DNA of 64,000 nucleotides from Patescibacteria group bacterium (GTDB lineage Bacteria; Patescibacteriota; Patescibacteriia; Patescibacteriales; UBA12465), in the NCBI GenBank assembly GCA_041649315.1, contig JBAZNJ010000001.1, positions 284,549-348,548 of the forward strand, read 5' to 3'. Shown in pieces: positions 48,013 to 58,589 of this stretch. The notes beneath the pieces were generated by a model that saw only the letters and a list, made by a program, of their open reading frames with translations, had not been told where the DNA came from and ran no database searches. Numbering within the stretch: the first letter of the stretch is position 1; each line of letters opens with the position of its first letter. Made by a program: the position numbers and the translations under genes.

Positions 48013-48207
48013 CAATAATTTATCGATAACAAAAAATTCCTCATAAAAAAATAATTTAGAAAAAATTTAAATAATTTTCACGCCTGATTTTATATAATAA
48101 AACCGCCCTTAGCCAAGGCGGTTTTTAAAATTCTTGACAATAGTCAAAAATTTAAAAATTTTAATCAAATTGGAAATTAGGATTTAGAAATTTGAAATTA
48201 AATATTT

Positions 48208-49746
48208 ATGCCCACAAAAATATTATCCGCCGCTCTAAACGGCTTGGACGCGGTTATTGTCGCCGTGGAAGCCGATTCCGGCGGCGGCGATTTTGGTCGG
48301 ATAACGATCGTCGGCCTGCCGGACACGGCAGTTTCCGAAGCGCGCGAACGGGTCCGTAGCGCTTTGCGCCATTCCGGCTTTCCTTATCCGCAACGAAAAA
48401 TCACGGTTAATCTCGCTCCGGCGGATTTAAAAAAACACGGACCAGCTTATGACCTGCCGATTGCTGTGAGCATTTTAGCTTTAAAAAATCGCCTGGCTTT
48501 TGACCCGGCAAAAAGCTTAATCGCCGGCGAACTCTCTTTAGACGGTTCAACCCGGCCGCTCAACGGTGCCTTATCAATCGCCATGGCCGCCAAACAGGCA
48601 AAAATAAAAAATCTTTTTTTGCCGGCGGCCAATGTCGCCGAGGCCGGCTTGATAAAAAATCTAAAAATTTTTCCGGTTGAAAATTTAAACCAACTAATTC
48701 TTCATCTTCAAAACAAACAGCGCCTAAGCGCCTGGTCCGGCGATCAGCGACAAGCAAAAAAAAGCCCGGTAGCTAAAGAGCGGGGAAATACGGTTAACCT
48801 AAGCGAAATAAGCGGGCAAGAACATGCCAAGCGGGCCTTAGAAATTACCGCGGCCGGCGGGCATAATCTTCTATTCTTCGGTCCGCCCGGCAGTGGCAAG
48901 ACCTTGCTTGCAAAATCCATGCCGAGCATTTTGCCAAAACTTAATACTCAAGAAAAATTAGAAATAACTAAAATTTACAGCGCCGCCGGCGAACTTAAAA
49001 ACCAGGCTGGTCTGATCTTATCCCGCCCTTTCCGTTCACCTCATCATAGCGCCTCCGGCATCGCCTTAATCGGCGGCGGCTCCCAACCCCGGCCGGGAGA
49101 AATTTCCTTAGCGCACCGCGGCGTTCTATTCTTAGACGAATTTCCGGAATTTTCCCGCGCCGCTTTAGAAAATCTGCGCCAACCGCTAGAAGACGGGGAA
49201 ATCAGCATTTCTCGAGCGGCCGCTTCTCTAAAATTTCCCGCAAAATTTATGCTTATCGCCGCCATGAATCCTTGCCCCTGCGGTTATTTCGGCGATAAAA
49301 GCCGGACTTGTTCCTGCGGCCCGAAACAGATTGCCGCCTACCGCCGGCGCTTATCCGGCCCGATTATTGACCGCATTGACCTGCATGTCGAAGTGCCGCG
49401 GATTAATTTAGAAAAAATCAACCGGGAAAAAAATCCGGAAAATTCCGCCTTGGTCCGCAAACGGATTGAAGCGGCACGAAACATCCAAGCGGCGCGCTTT
49501 AAAAAACAAAATTTTTCCACTAACGCCGAAATGATTAATGCCGCCATTAAAGATTTCTGTCTTTTGGATTTAGCCGGCCAGCGCTTGCTCCGCCAAGCTG
49601 CGGAAAAAATAAACTTATCCGCCCGATCTTACTTCCGGGTCTTAAAATTAGCTCGAACTATTGCCGATTTGGCTCAAGAAAAAAATATCTTAAACAGCCA
49701 TCTGGCCGAAGCCCTACAATACCGGCCGAAATTCCCCGCTCTTTGA
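48208..49746 (+). CDS. comM: YifB/ComM Mg-chelatase-like AAA+ ATPase
   Basis: VGLPD, NLAPAD, GPPGSGKT, FLDEFPEF and AMNPCPCG motifs. Confidence 0.92.
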   Translation: MPTKILSAALNGLDAVIVAVEADSGGGDFGRITIVGLPDTAVSEARERVRSALRHSGFPYPQRKITVNLAPADLKKHGPAYDLPIAVSILALKNRLAFDPAKSLIAGELSLDGSTRPLNGALSIAMAAKQAKIKNLFLPAANVAEAGLIKNLKIFPVENLNQLILHLQNKQRLSAWSGDQRQAKKSPVAKERGNTVNLSEISGQEHAKRALEITAAGGHNLLFFGPPGSGKTLLAKSMPSILPKLNTQEKLEITKIYSAAGELKNQAGLILSRPFRSPHHSASGIALIGGGSQPRPGEISLAHRGVLFLDEFPEFSRAALENLRQPLEDGEISISRAAASLKFPAKFMLIAAMNPCPCGYFGDKSRTCSCGPKQIAAYRRRLSGPIIDRIDLHVEVPRINLEKINREKNPENSALVRKRIEAARNIQAARFKKQNFSTNAEMINAAIKDFCLLDLAGQRLLRQAAEKINLSARSYFRVLKLARTIADLAQEKNILNSHLAEALQYRPKFPAL

Positions 49747-49816
49747 ATAATAATGTTGATTTTGCTATAATAAGAACAGAATTCCTCTAAACTTTATAAA
49801 TTAATTTCTTCTGAAT

Positions 49817-51190
49817 ATGCCTAAAAAAATATTAATCCTCGCTCTCTTGTCCGTCTTTATGCTTACGACCGGTTTTGGCTGTAAAACAACGGATAAAGAA
49901 ACCCGGGAAGCAATGCAACCGATTACCCTCACTTATTGGCGGGTCTTTGACGATACTGATGCCTTTGATGAAATAATCGCTAAATATAAAGCCCTGCATC
50001 CTTTCGTCACCATAAACTACCGCAAACTCCGCTACGATGAATATGAAAATGAATTGCTAAACGCCTTAGCCGAAGATCGCGGCCCAGATATTTTTTCTAT
50101 CCATAACACCTGGCTCAGAAAATACCAAACGAAATTAGCTCCGATGCCGCCGACAATTACTATGGCTTATCCGATCGTCAAAGGAACAATTAAAAAAGAA
50201 ACCGTGCCGGAACTGCGCGTCACCAATAGCTTGACCTTGAAGCAGATAAAAGATAATTTTGTCGACGCCGTAAGCAATGATGTAATACTTGATGATGGCC
50301 TGGTTTATGGCTTGCCCTTATCAGTCGATACTCTAGTGATGTATTATAACCGAGATTTATTCAACAACGCCGGCCTGATCGCCCCGCCCGCTTATTGGAA
50401 CCAGGAATTTTTACAAGACGTAAAAAAATTAACTAAGTTAAACGTAAGTCAGGAAATCGTTCAATCCGGCGCCGCTTTAGGCGCGGGAAACGTTAATCGC
50501 TTCAGCGATATTTTGTCCGTCCTGATGATGCAGAACGGCGCGATTATGATGGAAAACGGAAAATCCGCTTTTAATCTTGTGCCGAACGTATTCAAAGAAA
50601 CGGGTTATAATCCCGGCCTTGAGGCCCTGCGCTTCTATACGGATTTTTCCAATCCGGCCAAAGAGGCCTATTCCTGGAACAATGGACTGCCAAATTCTTT
50701 AGAAATGTTTATCAGCGGCAATCTGGCAATCATGTTCGGCTATGCTTATGATCTGCCGACCATTAAAGCCCAGGCGCCAAAACTTAATTTCTCAATCGCG
50801 CCACTGCCACAAATCGAAGGAAATCCGCCGACCAATATTAATTTTGCCAATTACTGGGTCGAGGTCGTTTCCAAAAAAAGCAAGCATCAAAACGAAGCCT
50901 GGGATTTCATACAATTCGTGACTGCGGCCGACCAAGCCCGGACTTATTTAGCAAAAACAAAAAAACCGACCGCCCTGCGCGCCTTAGTGCCGGAACAGAG
51001 AGATGATGACGAAATCGGCGTCTTCGCCAGACAGGTCTTAACGGCAAAAAGCTGGTACAAAGGGAAGAATCCCTTAGCGGCGGAAACCGCGATTAAAGAA
51101 ATGATTGAAGCGGTTATCAACAATCCTTTAGAAAAAATCCAGGATATAATCAATGCCGGCGCGGCCAAGGTCCAACAAACAATAAATTAA
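49817..51190 (+). CDS. Extracellular solute-binding protein (carbohydrate/CUT1-like)
   Basis: Lipobox-like GFGC, GPDIF, YGLPLSVDTL.MYYN and AWDFIQF motifs. Confidence 0.85.
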   Translation: MPKKILILALLSVFMLTTGFGCKTTDKETREAMQPITLTYWRVFDDTDAFDEIIAKYKALHPFVTINYRKLRYDEYENELLNALAEDRGPDIFSIHNTWLRKYQTKLAPMPPTITMAYPIVKGTIKKETVPELRVTNSLTLKQIKDNFVDAVSNDVILDDGLVYGLPLSVDTLVMYYNRDLFNNAGLIAPPAYWNQEFLQDVKKLTKLNVSQEIVQSGAALGAGNVNRFSDILSVLMMQNGAIMMENGKSAFNLVPNVFKETGYNPGLEALRFYTDFSNPAKEAYSWNNGLPNSLEMFISGNLAIMFGYAYDLPTIKAQAPKLNFSIAPLPQIEGNPPTNINFANYWVEVVSKKSKHQNEAWDFIQFVTAADQARTYLAKTKKPTALRALVPEQRDDDEIGVFARQVLTAKSWYKGKNPLAAETAIKEMIEAVINNPLEKIQDIINAGAAKVQQTIN

Positions 51191-51232
51191 TCAAGCGAAC
51201 CGTAAATTAATTCAGCAACAGTCCATAAATTT

Positions 51233-51673
51233 ATGTCTAAAACATGGAAAAAAATTACAATCGGGCTTTTTCTTCTACTTTTAAGCGTCGGCCTAATCGG
51301 TTTAAGCGGCGCGGCGCAAGCGCAAATAGTAGACAACACCTCGTCTAAGTATCGAACAGGAAATTACGATCTGGATGATTTTATTCGTTTAATCATAACT
51401 GCTTCCCAATGGCTCCTCGGTATCGTCGGCTCCTTGTCCCTAATAATGTTTATTTACGGCGGCGTGATGTTTTTAATCTCCGCCGGTTCAAGCGACTCGG
51501 TCGCCAAGGCAAAAAAAATAATCATTGCCGCGGTTATCGGCCTGATCATTGTTTTTTCCAGCTGGCTCCTGATCGGTTTCGTTCTCCGGACCCTTAACCC
51601 GAATATCCATTGGATCGGCATGAAAGTTGATATTAATGAAATAAAAAAAGTTGATATTAATGAAATAAAATAA
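51233..51673 (+). CDS. TrbC/VirB2-like pilin
   Basis: Signal peptide AQA-Q; two TM helices flanking ISAGSSDSVAKAKK. Confidence 0.8.
   Translation: MSKTWKKITIGLFLLLLSVGLIGLSGAAQAQIVDNTSSKYRTGNYDLDDFIRLIITASQWLLGIVGSLSLIMFIYGGVMFLISAGSSDSVAKAKKIIIAAVIGLIIVFSSWLLIGFVLRTLNPNIHWIGMKVDINEIKKVDINEIK
51623..51670 (+). repeat. Perfect 24-bp tandem duplication (KVDINEIK x2)
   Basis: AAAGTTGATATTAATGAAATAAAA occurs twice. Confidence 0.95.
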
Positions 51674-51675
51674 GC

Positions 51676-52331
51676 ATGAACTTCTTTGTCCCGAAAAAAA
51701 TCGACGCGGAAAACAGTTGGGGCGAAAAATTGCGCTTAGCTCGAGAAGGGCGCGGCTTAGAAATAGAAGAAATCGCGAAAAAAATAAATATCCGTAGCGA
51801 TTACTTAAAAGCGTTGGAAGAAGAGCGCCTTGACCTCCTGCCGGCCGGTTTGTATGGAAAAAATTTCTTGAAAGAATATGCCGGCTTCCTGGGGCTTGAA
51901 GCTAAAAACCTGATTGAAGAACATGGCGAAATGGCTACCGAAAATATTTCTGATCCTTTTTCTAAAAAAATAGTTAAAAAAATAAATTCCTGGTTTTCCC
52001 GAAAATAATCAGAAATATCCTCTTGCTGGCGATCGGAATAATTTGCTTTCTTTACTTGCTTTTTTACCTGAAAAAAATTTTTCTCGCACCAGAACTTATC
52101 GTCACCCAACCGGATCGCAATCTCCTAATTTCCGAAAACTCTTTATTGATTACGGGGAAAACCGAACCGGAAGCCGAAGTAAAAATAAACGGCGAAGTTA
52201 TCCTAAACAACAACCAAGGACAATTTTCCCAAGTTATTAATTTAAAGAAGGGCCTAAACGACCTGGAAATTACCGCCCAAAAAAAATACAGTCGGGAAAA
52301 AATCGTCACCAGGCAGATTTTAGTAGAATAA
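51676..52331 (+). pseudogene. RodZ-like HTH + TM + Ig-like protein, frameshifted at an A7 run
   Basis: Adding one A at 51976-51982 joins the two ORFs as KKIVKKNKFLVFPKIIRNILLLAIG. Confidence 0.75.
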
Positions 52332-52468
52332 ACCTTAATCAGCTCCGACAAATATTATTAGTAGAGTAGATCATAACTGACCCTAGTAAATATTACTGAA
52401 ATAAAATTTAACCGATAACAAAAAACGCCGACGACTTAATAATTAGGGAAAATATTTATCATAAATAT

Positions 52469-53020
52469 ATGGAAGAAATAAAAAAAACCGCCCTCCTTGA
52501 CATTGAAACCATTTTGAATAAAATGGATATCGGCGAGCGGCAAAAAGTCGCCGAGCTCGGTTGCGGCAATAACGGCTTCTTTGTCTTTCCTTTAGCCCGA
52601 CTTGTTGGCCGCTACGGGAAAGTTTACGCGGTTGATATCCTAAAATCAACGCTTGAAGAAATCCGGAAAGAAGCCGTGAAAAAAAATCTGGCCCAAATTA
52701 TGCCGATCTGGAGTAATCTAGAAATCTTCAAAGCTACGGATATTGAAGCCAGTAGTATTGATAACGCTCTTTTGGTAAATATTCTCCATCAATCCGATAA
52801 GCGCTTAGAAATCCTTAGAGAGGCCATCCGGCTTTTAAAACGGAACGGGAAATTGCTGATTATTGAATGGAAAAGCGCGGATATCCCGCTCGGACCGGCT
52901 CCGGAACGGCGCGTTAAAATAGAAGCGTTAAAAGCGGCTGCTCCGAAAATCGGCTTGGACTTGATTGAGGAATTTGAAGCCGGACCTTTCCATTACGGTT
53001 TAATCTTTGTTAAATTATAA
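52469..53020 (+). CDS. Class I SAM-dependent methyltransferase
   Basis: VAELGCG, VYAVDI and LKRNGKLLIIEW motifs. Confidence 0.88.
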   Translation: MEEIKKTALLDIETILNKMDIGERQKVAELGCGNNGFFVFPLARLVGRYGKVYAVDILKSTLEEIRKEAVKKNLAQIMPIWSNLEIFKATDIEASSIDNALLVNILHQSDKRLEILREAIRLLKRNGKLLIIEWKSADIPLGPAPERRVKIEALKAAAPKIGLDLIEEFEAGPFHYGLIFVKL

Positions 53021-53038
53021 TATTTTCATCAACCTTGT

Positions 53039-53422
53039 ATGAACAACTTATTAACCTTAGCTTATTGGTTTAATCTTCGTCCCGGGGCCTTAATCCCGGC
53101 CGGTCAAAGAATCTTTATCGCCGGCCTCGTTATCTTGATTGCCGCTTCAATTATAATCGCTATTTTTAAAAAAAGGGGTGGAATCTATCGTGGCTTCCTT
53201 AACCGCCTATATGTCTTTTCCGTTTCTAACGCCGTTCTCGGCCTGATTTTCTTATTCTTTACCCGCGAAGAAATTCCTTTTCTCTCCGCCCGCTTCTGGC
53301 TTCTACTCTGGCTGGTCGCCATGATTGTCTGGTTAATTTTAATTCTTAAAAAATTAAAAGCTATCCCGGCCCAGCGGCAAAAATTAGAGGAAGAAAGGGA
53401 ACGGAAAAAATACCTGCCTTAA
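53039..53422 (+). CDS. Hypothetical membrane protein
   Basis: Three TM segments; ends KYLP. Confidence 0.75.
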   Translation: MNNLLTLAYWFNLRPGALIPAGQRIFIAGLVILIAASIIIAIFKKRGGIYRGFLNRLYVFSVSNAVLGLIFLFFTREEIPFLSARFWLLLWLVAMIVWLILILKKLKAIPAQRQKLEEERERKKYLP

Positions 53423-53542
53423 AATCAAAGCTATATACCCTAAACCATCCCTATCCTAGACCGGCTAAACTCGAATAAGCAAAGCATCATTATAAAATCA
53501 TTTCTAACCTAAAAGCTCCGATTTCGGAGCTTTTAAAAACCT

Positions 53543-53911
53543 ATGGCTCTTAGAAAAGAATTAGGTAAGCGCGGTGAAATCTTGGCGCGGCAATATTTGG
53601 AACAGAGCGACTATAAAATTATCGCGGCTAATTTTCGAATCGGCCGGAACGAGTTTGACCTTATCGCTCAATATAAGGGCAAAACTATTTTTTTTGAGAT
53701 AAAAACCCGACTCAAAACCGAAGAGTCGGACAAAGAAAACGGCACCGATTGCTTTTCCGCGAATCAAGCGCAAGGCCTAAAGCGGGCAATAAACGCCTAC
53801 TGCCTTAAAAACCGCTTAGCCGGCGAAAAAGTCCGCCTGGATTTAATAATCGTTTCCGTTAACCCGGAAAAAGGCCGGGCTGATTTAAAACATTATAAAA
53901 ATATTTTTTGA
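53543..53911 (+). CDS. YraN/UPF0102 family protein
   Basis: LGKRGE..A..YL, EFDLIA and FEIKTR motifs. Confidence 0.88.
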   Translation: MALRKELGKRGEILARQYLEQSDYKIIAANFRIGRNEFDLIAQYKGKTIFFEIKTRLKTEESDKENGTDCFSANQAQGLKRAINAYCLKNRLAGEKVRLDLIIVSVNPEKGRADLKHYKNIF

Positions 53912-53919
53912 ATTTTGTT

Positions 53920-54666
53920 TTATTTTAGCCTTTTCAACCGCCGACGCAAAAACCATAAATTCTTAAAAAACCCCCAGCTGTCTTTTAAAATCCGGACTGA
54001 ACTGGCGCGTCGGATAAAACGATTATCCCGCCAATCAACCGGAATTTCCTTGACCCGATATCCTAAATATTCAGCCCAAACAATTAACTCCGTATCAAAA
54101 AACCAATAATTATCCAAAAGATACGGTTGTAATTTATAAAAAGCTTCTCGCTGAATAGCTTTAAACCCGCATTGAGCATCTTTAATATTATATTTTAATA
54201 AAAATCTGGATAAAAAATTATAAATTTTAGAAATAAGCGCTCGGTTAAACGATCGCTTAGCGCTTCCGCCGGCAATAAAACGTGAACCAATTGTTAAATC
54301 GCTTTCTTTATTAATTATAGGGAAAATTAAAGCGGGAATATCAGTTAAAGCAACCGCTAAATCAACGTCCATATAAACTAAAACATCAGCCCGGCTTTCA
54401 GACCAATATTCTTTAAGCGCTCGGCCTCGGCCGGCCGGAATAATTTCCTTATAATCAATTAAACCGGAAAATTTTTCTTTAAATTCCGCTAAAATCTTAA
54501 CTGAAGAATCTTTAGAGCCGTTAATAAGCCCGATAATCCGCCAAGAAAAATTAAAATTTGCTGTCTGACAATAATTTAATAATTTTTCCAAATTAAGCCG
54601 CAAAATCGCTTCTTCGTTCCTTATCGGTAGACAAAAATCTATTAATAATTTTTTATCTTCATTCAT
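53920..54666 (-). CDS. GT2 glycosyltransferase (Dol-P-Man/Glc synthase-like)
   Basis: PIRNEE, GRGRAL, YMDVDL, DAQCGFK and FFDTEL motifs. Confidence 0.9.
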   Translation of the reverse strand: MNEDKKLLIDFCLPIRNEEAILRLNLEKLLNYCQTANFNFSWRIIGLINGSKDSSVKILAEFKEKFSGLIDYKEIIPAGRGRALKEYWSESRADVLVYMDVDLAVALTDIPALIFPIINKESDLTIGSRFIAGGSAKRSFNRALISKIYNFLSRFLLKYNIKDAQCGFKAIQREAFYKLQPYLLDNYWFFDTELIVWAEYLGYRVKEIPVDWRDNRFIRRASSVRILKDSWGFFKNLWFLRRRLKRLK

Positions 54667-54667
54667 T

Positions 54668-56626
54668 TTATTCAACTTTAAATTTTAAAATCCTTTTTTT
54701 ATAAATAACCGAGACTTCATCAAAATAAATTTTTTCCCAAATTGCGGAACTCTCTAAAAATTCTCTCAAATAATTAGGGGAGTTGAGATTTTCCGGTTTA
54801 ATCCAAAAAAGTTTTTCTTCCCATTTTTTAACTTTAATTTCCTTTTCTTTAATCGGAATAAGCACTAGGGCAATCTTATATTGCGCCAACTTGTTTTTAA
54901 TCTTATCATATTTTTCGCTTTCTGCGGTAAATTCGTCAATTCTAAAAAATTCGTAATATTCTTCTAAAAAAGTATGTCCGGCGAATTCAACTTGAGGCAA
55001 GCGTCCGTCAATAAATAATTTTTGTTCCGGCCAAACTCCGATTAAATAACCGCCCCAATTATAACTATTAAAAATTTTTAAATTATTATGCTCCGGATGA
55101 GCCCGTAAAAAATCTATCGCCGCGCAAGGATAATCGCGGCAAAAGGAAACAAAAGGATCTTTTACCGGCCGGATTAAAAATAAATTTAAAAAAATTACCA
55201 ACGATAAGCATGTTAATAAATATATTTTTAACCAAAAAGTAAGATCGCGACGCGGTTTTTTAAAATCTCCTCGCTTGTCAGTGTCCTCAATAAATAAACC
55301 GCCCTTGCTTAAATCCCGCCCAATTTCTCGAATAAACTCCGTACCCATTGAAACCAAAAAACCAAAAGTCGCGACAAACATTAAAGGAAAATGGCGACGC
55401 GATTTAACGCTTAAAAATCCAAATAAAAAAACCAAGGCAAGGGTCCATAAATCCGGTTCATCATCTTTAAAATCTCCCTCAAGCGATCTACTGTCTTGAA
55501 ATTTTTCCGCAACCGATTTATTTTCTTGAAATTCTCCCACAACCGAACTACCCTCCTTACGCTCTCCTGTAAGTTGCTTTCTGCGTCTTTTTTTTAAATT
55601 TAAAAGGTAAAAATAATAAATTATTGCCACGCCCAAAAGCGCTAAATAAGCCAATTGCCAATATTGGAAAGGAAAAGAAAACTGCGGCAACCATTCGCTA
55701 ATATGCGATAAATAAAATTTATCTTTATATCCGGCTAAAAAAGAATACAAAGATAATTTATAAGGAGTAAATAAAGTCGCAAGAAAAGAAAACGCCGTTA
55801 TACCGACAAAAATAATTAATGATCGGGTTTTTAATGGCTTAATCTTTAAAAATAAAAATGAAACCGCTCCCGTTTTATCTTCCGTTCTTATTCCCATCTC
55901 TGTTTTCATCCTTGTTTTTGTTTCCGTTTCTGCCCCCACCAAAATTTTCATTTCCATTTCCGTTTCTATTTTCATTTGCTTTTTTAGCCGCCAAAAATTT
56001 AAAATTTTCTCCAAAATTTTAACCACCAACCATAGCCCCAACAACAAAAACCCCAACAAAAAACTGCCATGCAAATTGGCCCAAAGATAAAATAATGGTG
56101 GTAAAAATAATAAAATCCAAATTTTTTGCTCCCGACGATAAAAATCAAGAATAACTAAAAGAAAAAATAAACATAATAAGCCAAGCTCTTGAACCCGGAC
56201 GCCGAAATGCGGTAGAGAAGCAATCAGTCCAAAAATTTGTAAACCGGCAATCAAAAGTGGGGGGGCTAAGGGCCAACGGCGCCGGGCATAAATATTTAAT
56301 AAAACAAAAACTAGAATAATTAAAAGCGTAAAAATGATTACCATGGCCGAATAACCCAAAGCATCGCCCACTTTAAATAACAAAAAATTACTTAACCATT
56401 CGTGATCAACCCAATCGCCGGTAAAAGTATAATTATAAATATTAGCTTGCGGAACCATTCCGGTTTTAGCAATTTCTTCACCAACCCGCCAATGCCAACC
56501 AAAATCCGGATCAAGATAGCTAAAAGAAGCCCTAATTAACAAACTAAACAGGAAAAGATAGAAAAAAATCCAGAAAATCTTAAGAAAATTATCTTTATTT
56601 GTCTTTTTAAACATAAAAATGGCCAA
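54668..56626 (-). CDS. Large GT-C-like membrane protein
   Basis: DPDFGWHWRVG, WVDHEWL, LWANLHGSF, YNWGGYL and FIDGR motifs; multi-TM. Confidence 0.75.
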   Translation of the reverse strand: MAIFMFKKTNKDNFLKIFWIFFYLFLFSLLIRASFSYLDPDFGWHWRVGEEIAKTGMVPQANIYNYTFTGDWVDHEWLSNFLLFKVGDALGYSAMVIIFTLLIILVFVLLNIYARRRWPLAPPLLIAGLQIFGLIASLPHFGVRVQELGLLCLFFLLVILDFYRREQKIWILLFLPPLFYLWANLHGSFLLGFLLLGLWLVVKILEKILNFWRLKKQMKIETEMEMKILVGAETETKTRMKTEMGIRTEDKTGAVSFLFLKIKPLKTRSLIIFVGITAFSFLATLFTPYKLSLYSFLAGYKDKFYLSHISEWLPQFSFPFQYWQLAYLALLGVAIIYYFYLLNLKKRRRKQLTGERKEGSSVVGEFQENKSVAEKFQDSRSLEGDFKDDEPDLWTLALVFLFGFLSVKSRRHFPLMFVATFGFLVSMGTEFIREIGRDLSKGGLFIEDTDKRGDFKKPRRDLTFWLKIYLLTCLSLVIFLNLFLIRPVKDPFVSFCRDYPCAAIDFLRAHPEHNNLKIFNSYNWGGYLIGVWPEQKLFIDGRLPQVEFAGHTFLEEYYEFFRIDEFTAESEKYDKIKNKLAQYKIALVLIPIKEKEIKVKKWEEKLFWIKPENLNSPNYLREFLESSAIWEKIYFDEVSVIYKKRILKFKVE

Positions 56627-56743
56627 TACAAGCTATTTTATTTATATTTTAGCATGTCTAAATTTATTTGTCTTGTTTAAAATAATGTGCTAAAATTAGA
56701 GATGTAAAATAAAAAATTATAAAAACTAGAAAGGTGGTGAAAT

Positions 56744-57121
56744 ATGAAAAAAATTTACAAACACTTACTTTCTCTTGCGATTATTTCCGCTTTTGCCGTA
56801 CCGCTAGTGGCCTTTGGACAAGCTGATTTCGGTCTAGAAAACGTTGAGAGCGGATTAAACAACAGCTTAGCGTCCGGAGATCCACGGGAAATCGTCGGCC
56901 GAATTATCCAGGTCGCTTTAAGCTTCTTGGGGGTAATCGCGGTGGTCATCATCTTATACGGTGGCTTTAAATGGATGACCGCGGCCGGGAACGAAGACAA
57001 AACCGCTGAAGCGAAAAAATTATTAGGCGCCGGCGTTATTGGTTTAGTTATTATCTTGGCTTCTTGGGCGCTCGCGACTTTCCTTCTTAACACTCTCAGC
57101 GAACAAATTTCAGCAACCTAA
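56744..57121 (+). CDS. TrbC/VirB2-like pilin 1
   Basis: Signal peptide; YGGFKWMTAAGNEDK between two TMs; strong RBS GAAAGGTGGTG. Confidence 0.85.
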   Translation: MKKIYKHLLSLAIISAFAVPLVAFGQADFGLENVESGLNNSLASGDPREIVGRIIQVALSFLGVIAVVIILYGGFKWMTAAGNEDKTAEAKKLLGAGVIGLVIILASWALATFLLNTLSEQISAT

Positions 57122-57252
57122 ATTTCAAGAAAATAAGTGATTCTCATTTCTAATGGGAATCACTGCCTTGGCCGCGAATCTGATTCCCGCCTAAGGCAGT
57201 GATTATTTTATCGGACCGGATTATGGCCGCGTCCTCTTTCGTTTATAAAATT

Positions 57253-57666
57253 ATGTTTAAGAAAATAATTTTCATCTCCGTCTTATCTTGCTTCTCGCTG
57301 GCTTTTTTATTTTTAGTCCTTCCGGCTCCGGCGGCCCAAGCGCAGAATATAATATCTGATCCGAGTTCCGGTCTAGAAGAAACCCGAAGCCAAGTTGAAG
57401 CTTTCAAAGATCAAAAAGTTGAACCGACTTTATCCGGTTTCTTGGCGACTAAAGCCGGCCAGATTATTAGTTTAGTCCTATCTTTTGTCGGCGTCTTATT
57501 CTTAATCCTGATGATTTACGCCGGCATTACCTGGATGACGGCGCAAGGAAATGAACAGCAAGTTGCAAAATCAAAAACCCTAATGATCAACGCGGTAATC
57601 GGAATAATTATTGTCTTTGCCGCGTACGCTCTGACTTCTTTCATCGGCCAGGAGCTTTTACAATAA
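57253..57666 (+). CDS. TrbC/VirB2-like pilin 2
   Basis: YAGITWMTAQGNEQQ; start adjusted to MFKKII. Confidence 0.85.
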   Translation: MFKKIIFISVLSCFSLAFLFLVLPAPAAQAQNIISDPSSGLEETRSQVEAFKDQKVEPTLSGFLATKAGQIISLVLSFVGVLFLILMIYAGITWMTAQGNEQQVAKSKTLMINAVIGIIIVFAAYALTSFIGQELLQ

Positions 57667-57694
57667 GCCGTTTTACCCTAAACTCCCTATCCAA

Positions 57695-58108
57695 ATGTCT
57701 AAAATCTTCCTAAAAAAACTAGCTGCAATTTTCTTGATTTCTTTTTGCTTAACCGGCGCAACAGTGGCTTTAAGCGCACCGTCCGCTTTAGCTCAAGGGG
57801 AGAGTTATGATTTTAATCGGGACAGCGGCCTAACCAAGGCCGGAGACACGGCCGGCTATGAAACCGGAGCGGACCGAACCTCGGTTGAAGATATTATCAG
57901 TAATGTCATTTATGCGGTTCTGGGCTTAGTCGGTATTATCTTTTTCGGCTTTATAATCTATGGCGGCTTAATATGGATGACCGCGCAAGGTAATGAGGAA
58001 AAAATAAAAAAGGCCACGGATATCGTGATGAACTCTTTATTCGGCCTGATTATTACTTTAGCCGCTTACGGCATCGCCTACTTCTTAATCAGCTACTTTT
58101 GGCAATAG
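57695..58108 (+). CDS. TrbC/VirB2-like pilin 3
   Basis: YGGLIWMTAQGNEEK. Confidence 0.85.
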   Translation: MSKIFLKKLAAIFLISFCLTGATVALSAPSALAQGESYDFNRDSGLTKAGDTAGYETGADRTSVEDIISNVIYAVLGLVGIIFFGFIIYGGLIWMTAQGNEEKIKKATDIVMNSLFGLIITLAAYGIAYFLISYFWQ

Positions 58109-58111
58109 TTT

Positions 58112-58528
58112 ATGAATAAAGTAAAGATAGTTTTTCTAACCTTAATTTTAACGGCGACGGCGCTCGGCGGCTTCTTATTCGACCCGGTTCAGGCCGCGCT
58201 TTTAAAACCGGATAAACGTGATGATCTTGAAGACTATTCTTATATCGTGGCCGAGGACAGCGGCTACCAAATGGAAAAACAAGAGCTTGAAGATATTATC
58301 GCCAACATCGTCCGAATGGTTCTCTCGGTTATCGGCGCCATTTTCGTTACTTTAATTTTCGTGGCCGGCAACCAATGGATGCAAGCGGCCGGCAATGAAG
58401 AAAAAATTAAGAAATCCAAGGGTAGGATTCAATCCGCCTTAGTCGGCCTGGTTATTATTCTGATTGCCTATGCTTTAAGCGCGGGTTTTTCCGGGGTATT
58501 AAGCTCTCTTATCCAGGGGCGCGGATAA
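58112..58528 (+). CDS. TrbC/VirB2-like pilin 4
   Basis: AGNQWMQAAGNEEK. Confidence 0.85.
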   Translation: MNKVKIVFLTLILTATALGGFLFDPVQAALLKPDKRDDLEDYSYIVAEDSGYQMEKQELEDIIANIVRMVLSVIGAIFVTLIFVAGNQWMQAAGNEEKIKKSKGRIQSALVGLVIILIAYALSAGFSGVLSSLIQGRG

Positions 58529-58589
58529 ATTAAGCAGGCAAGCTCACTTATTTGAAAATTTGGGATACTTTAAACTATAAATAAGCTAT

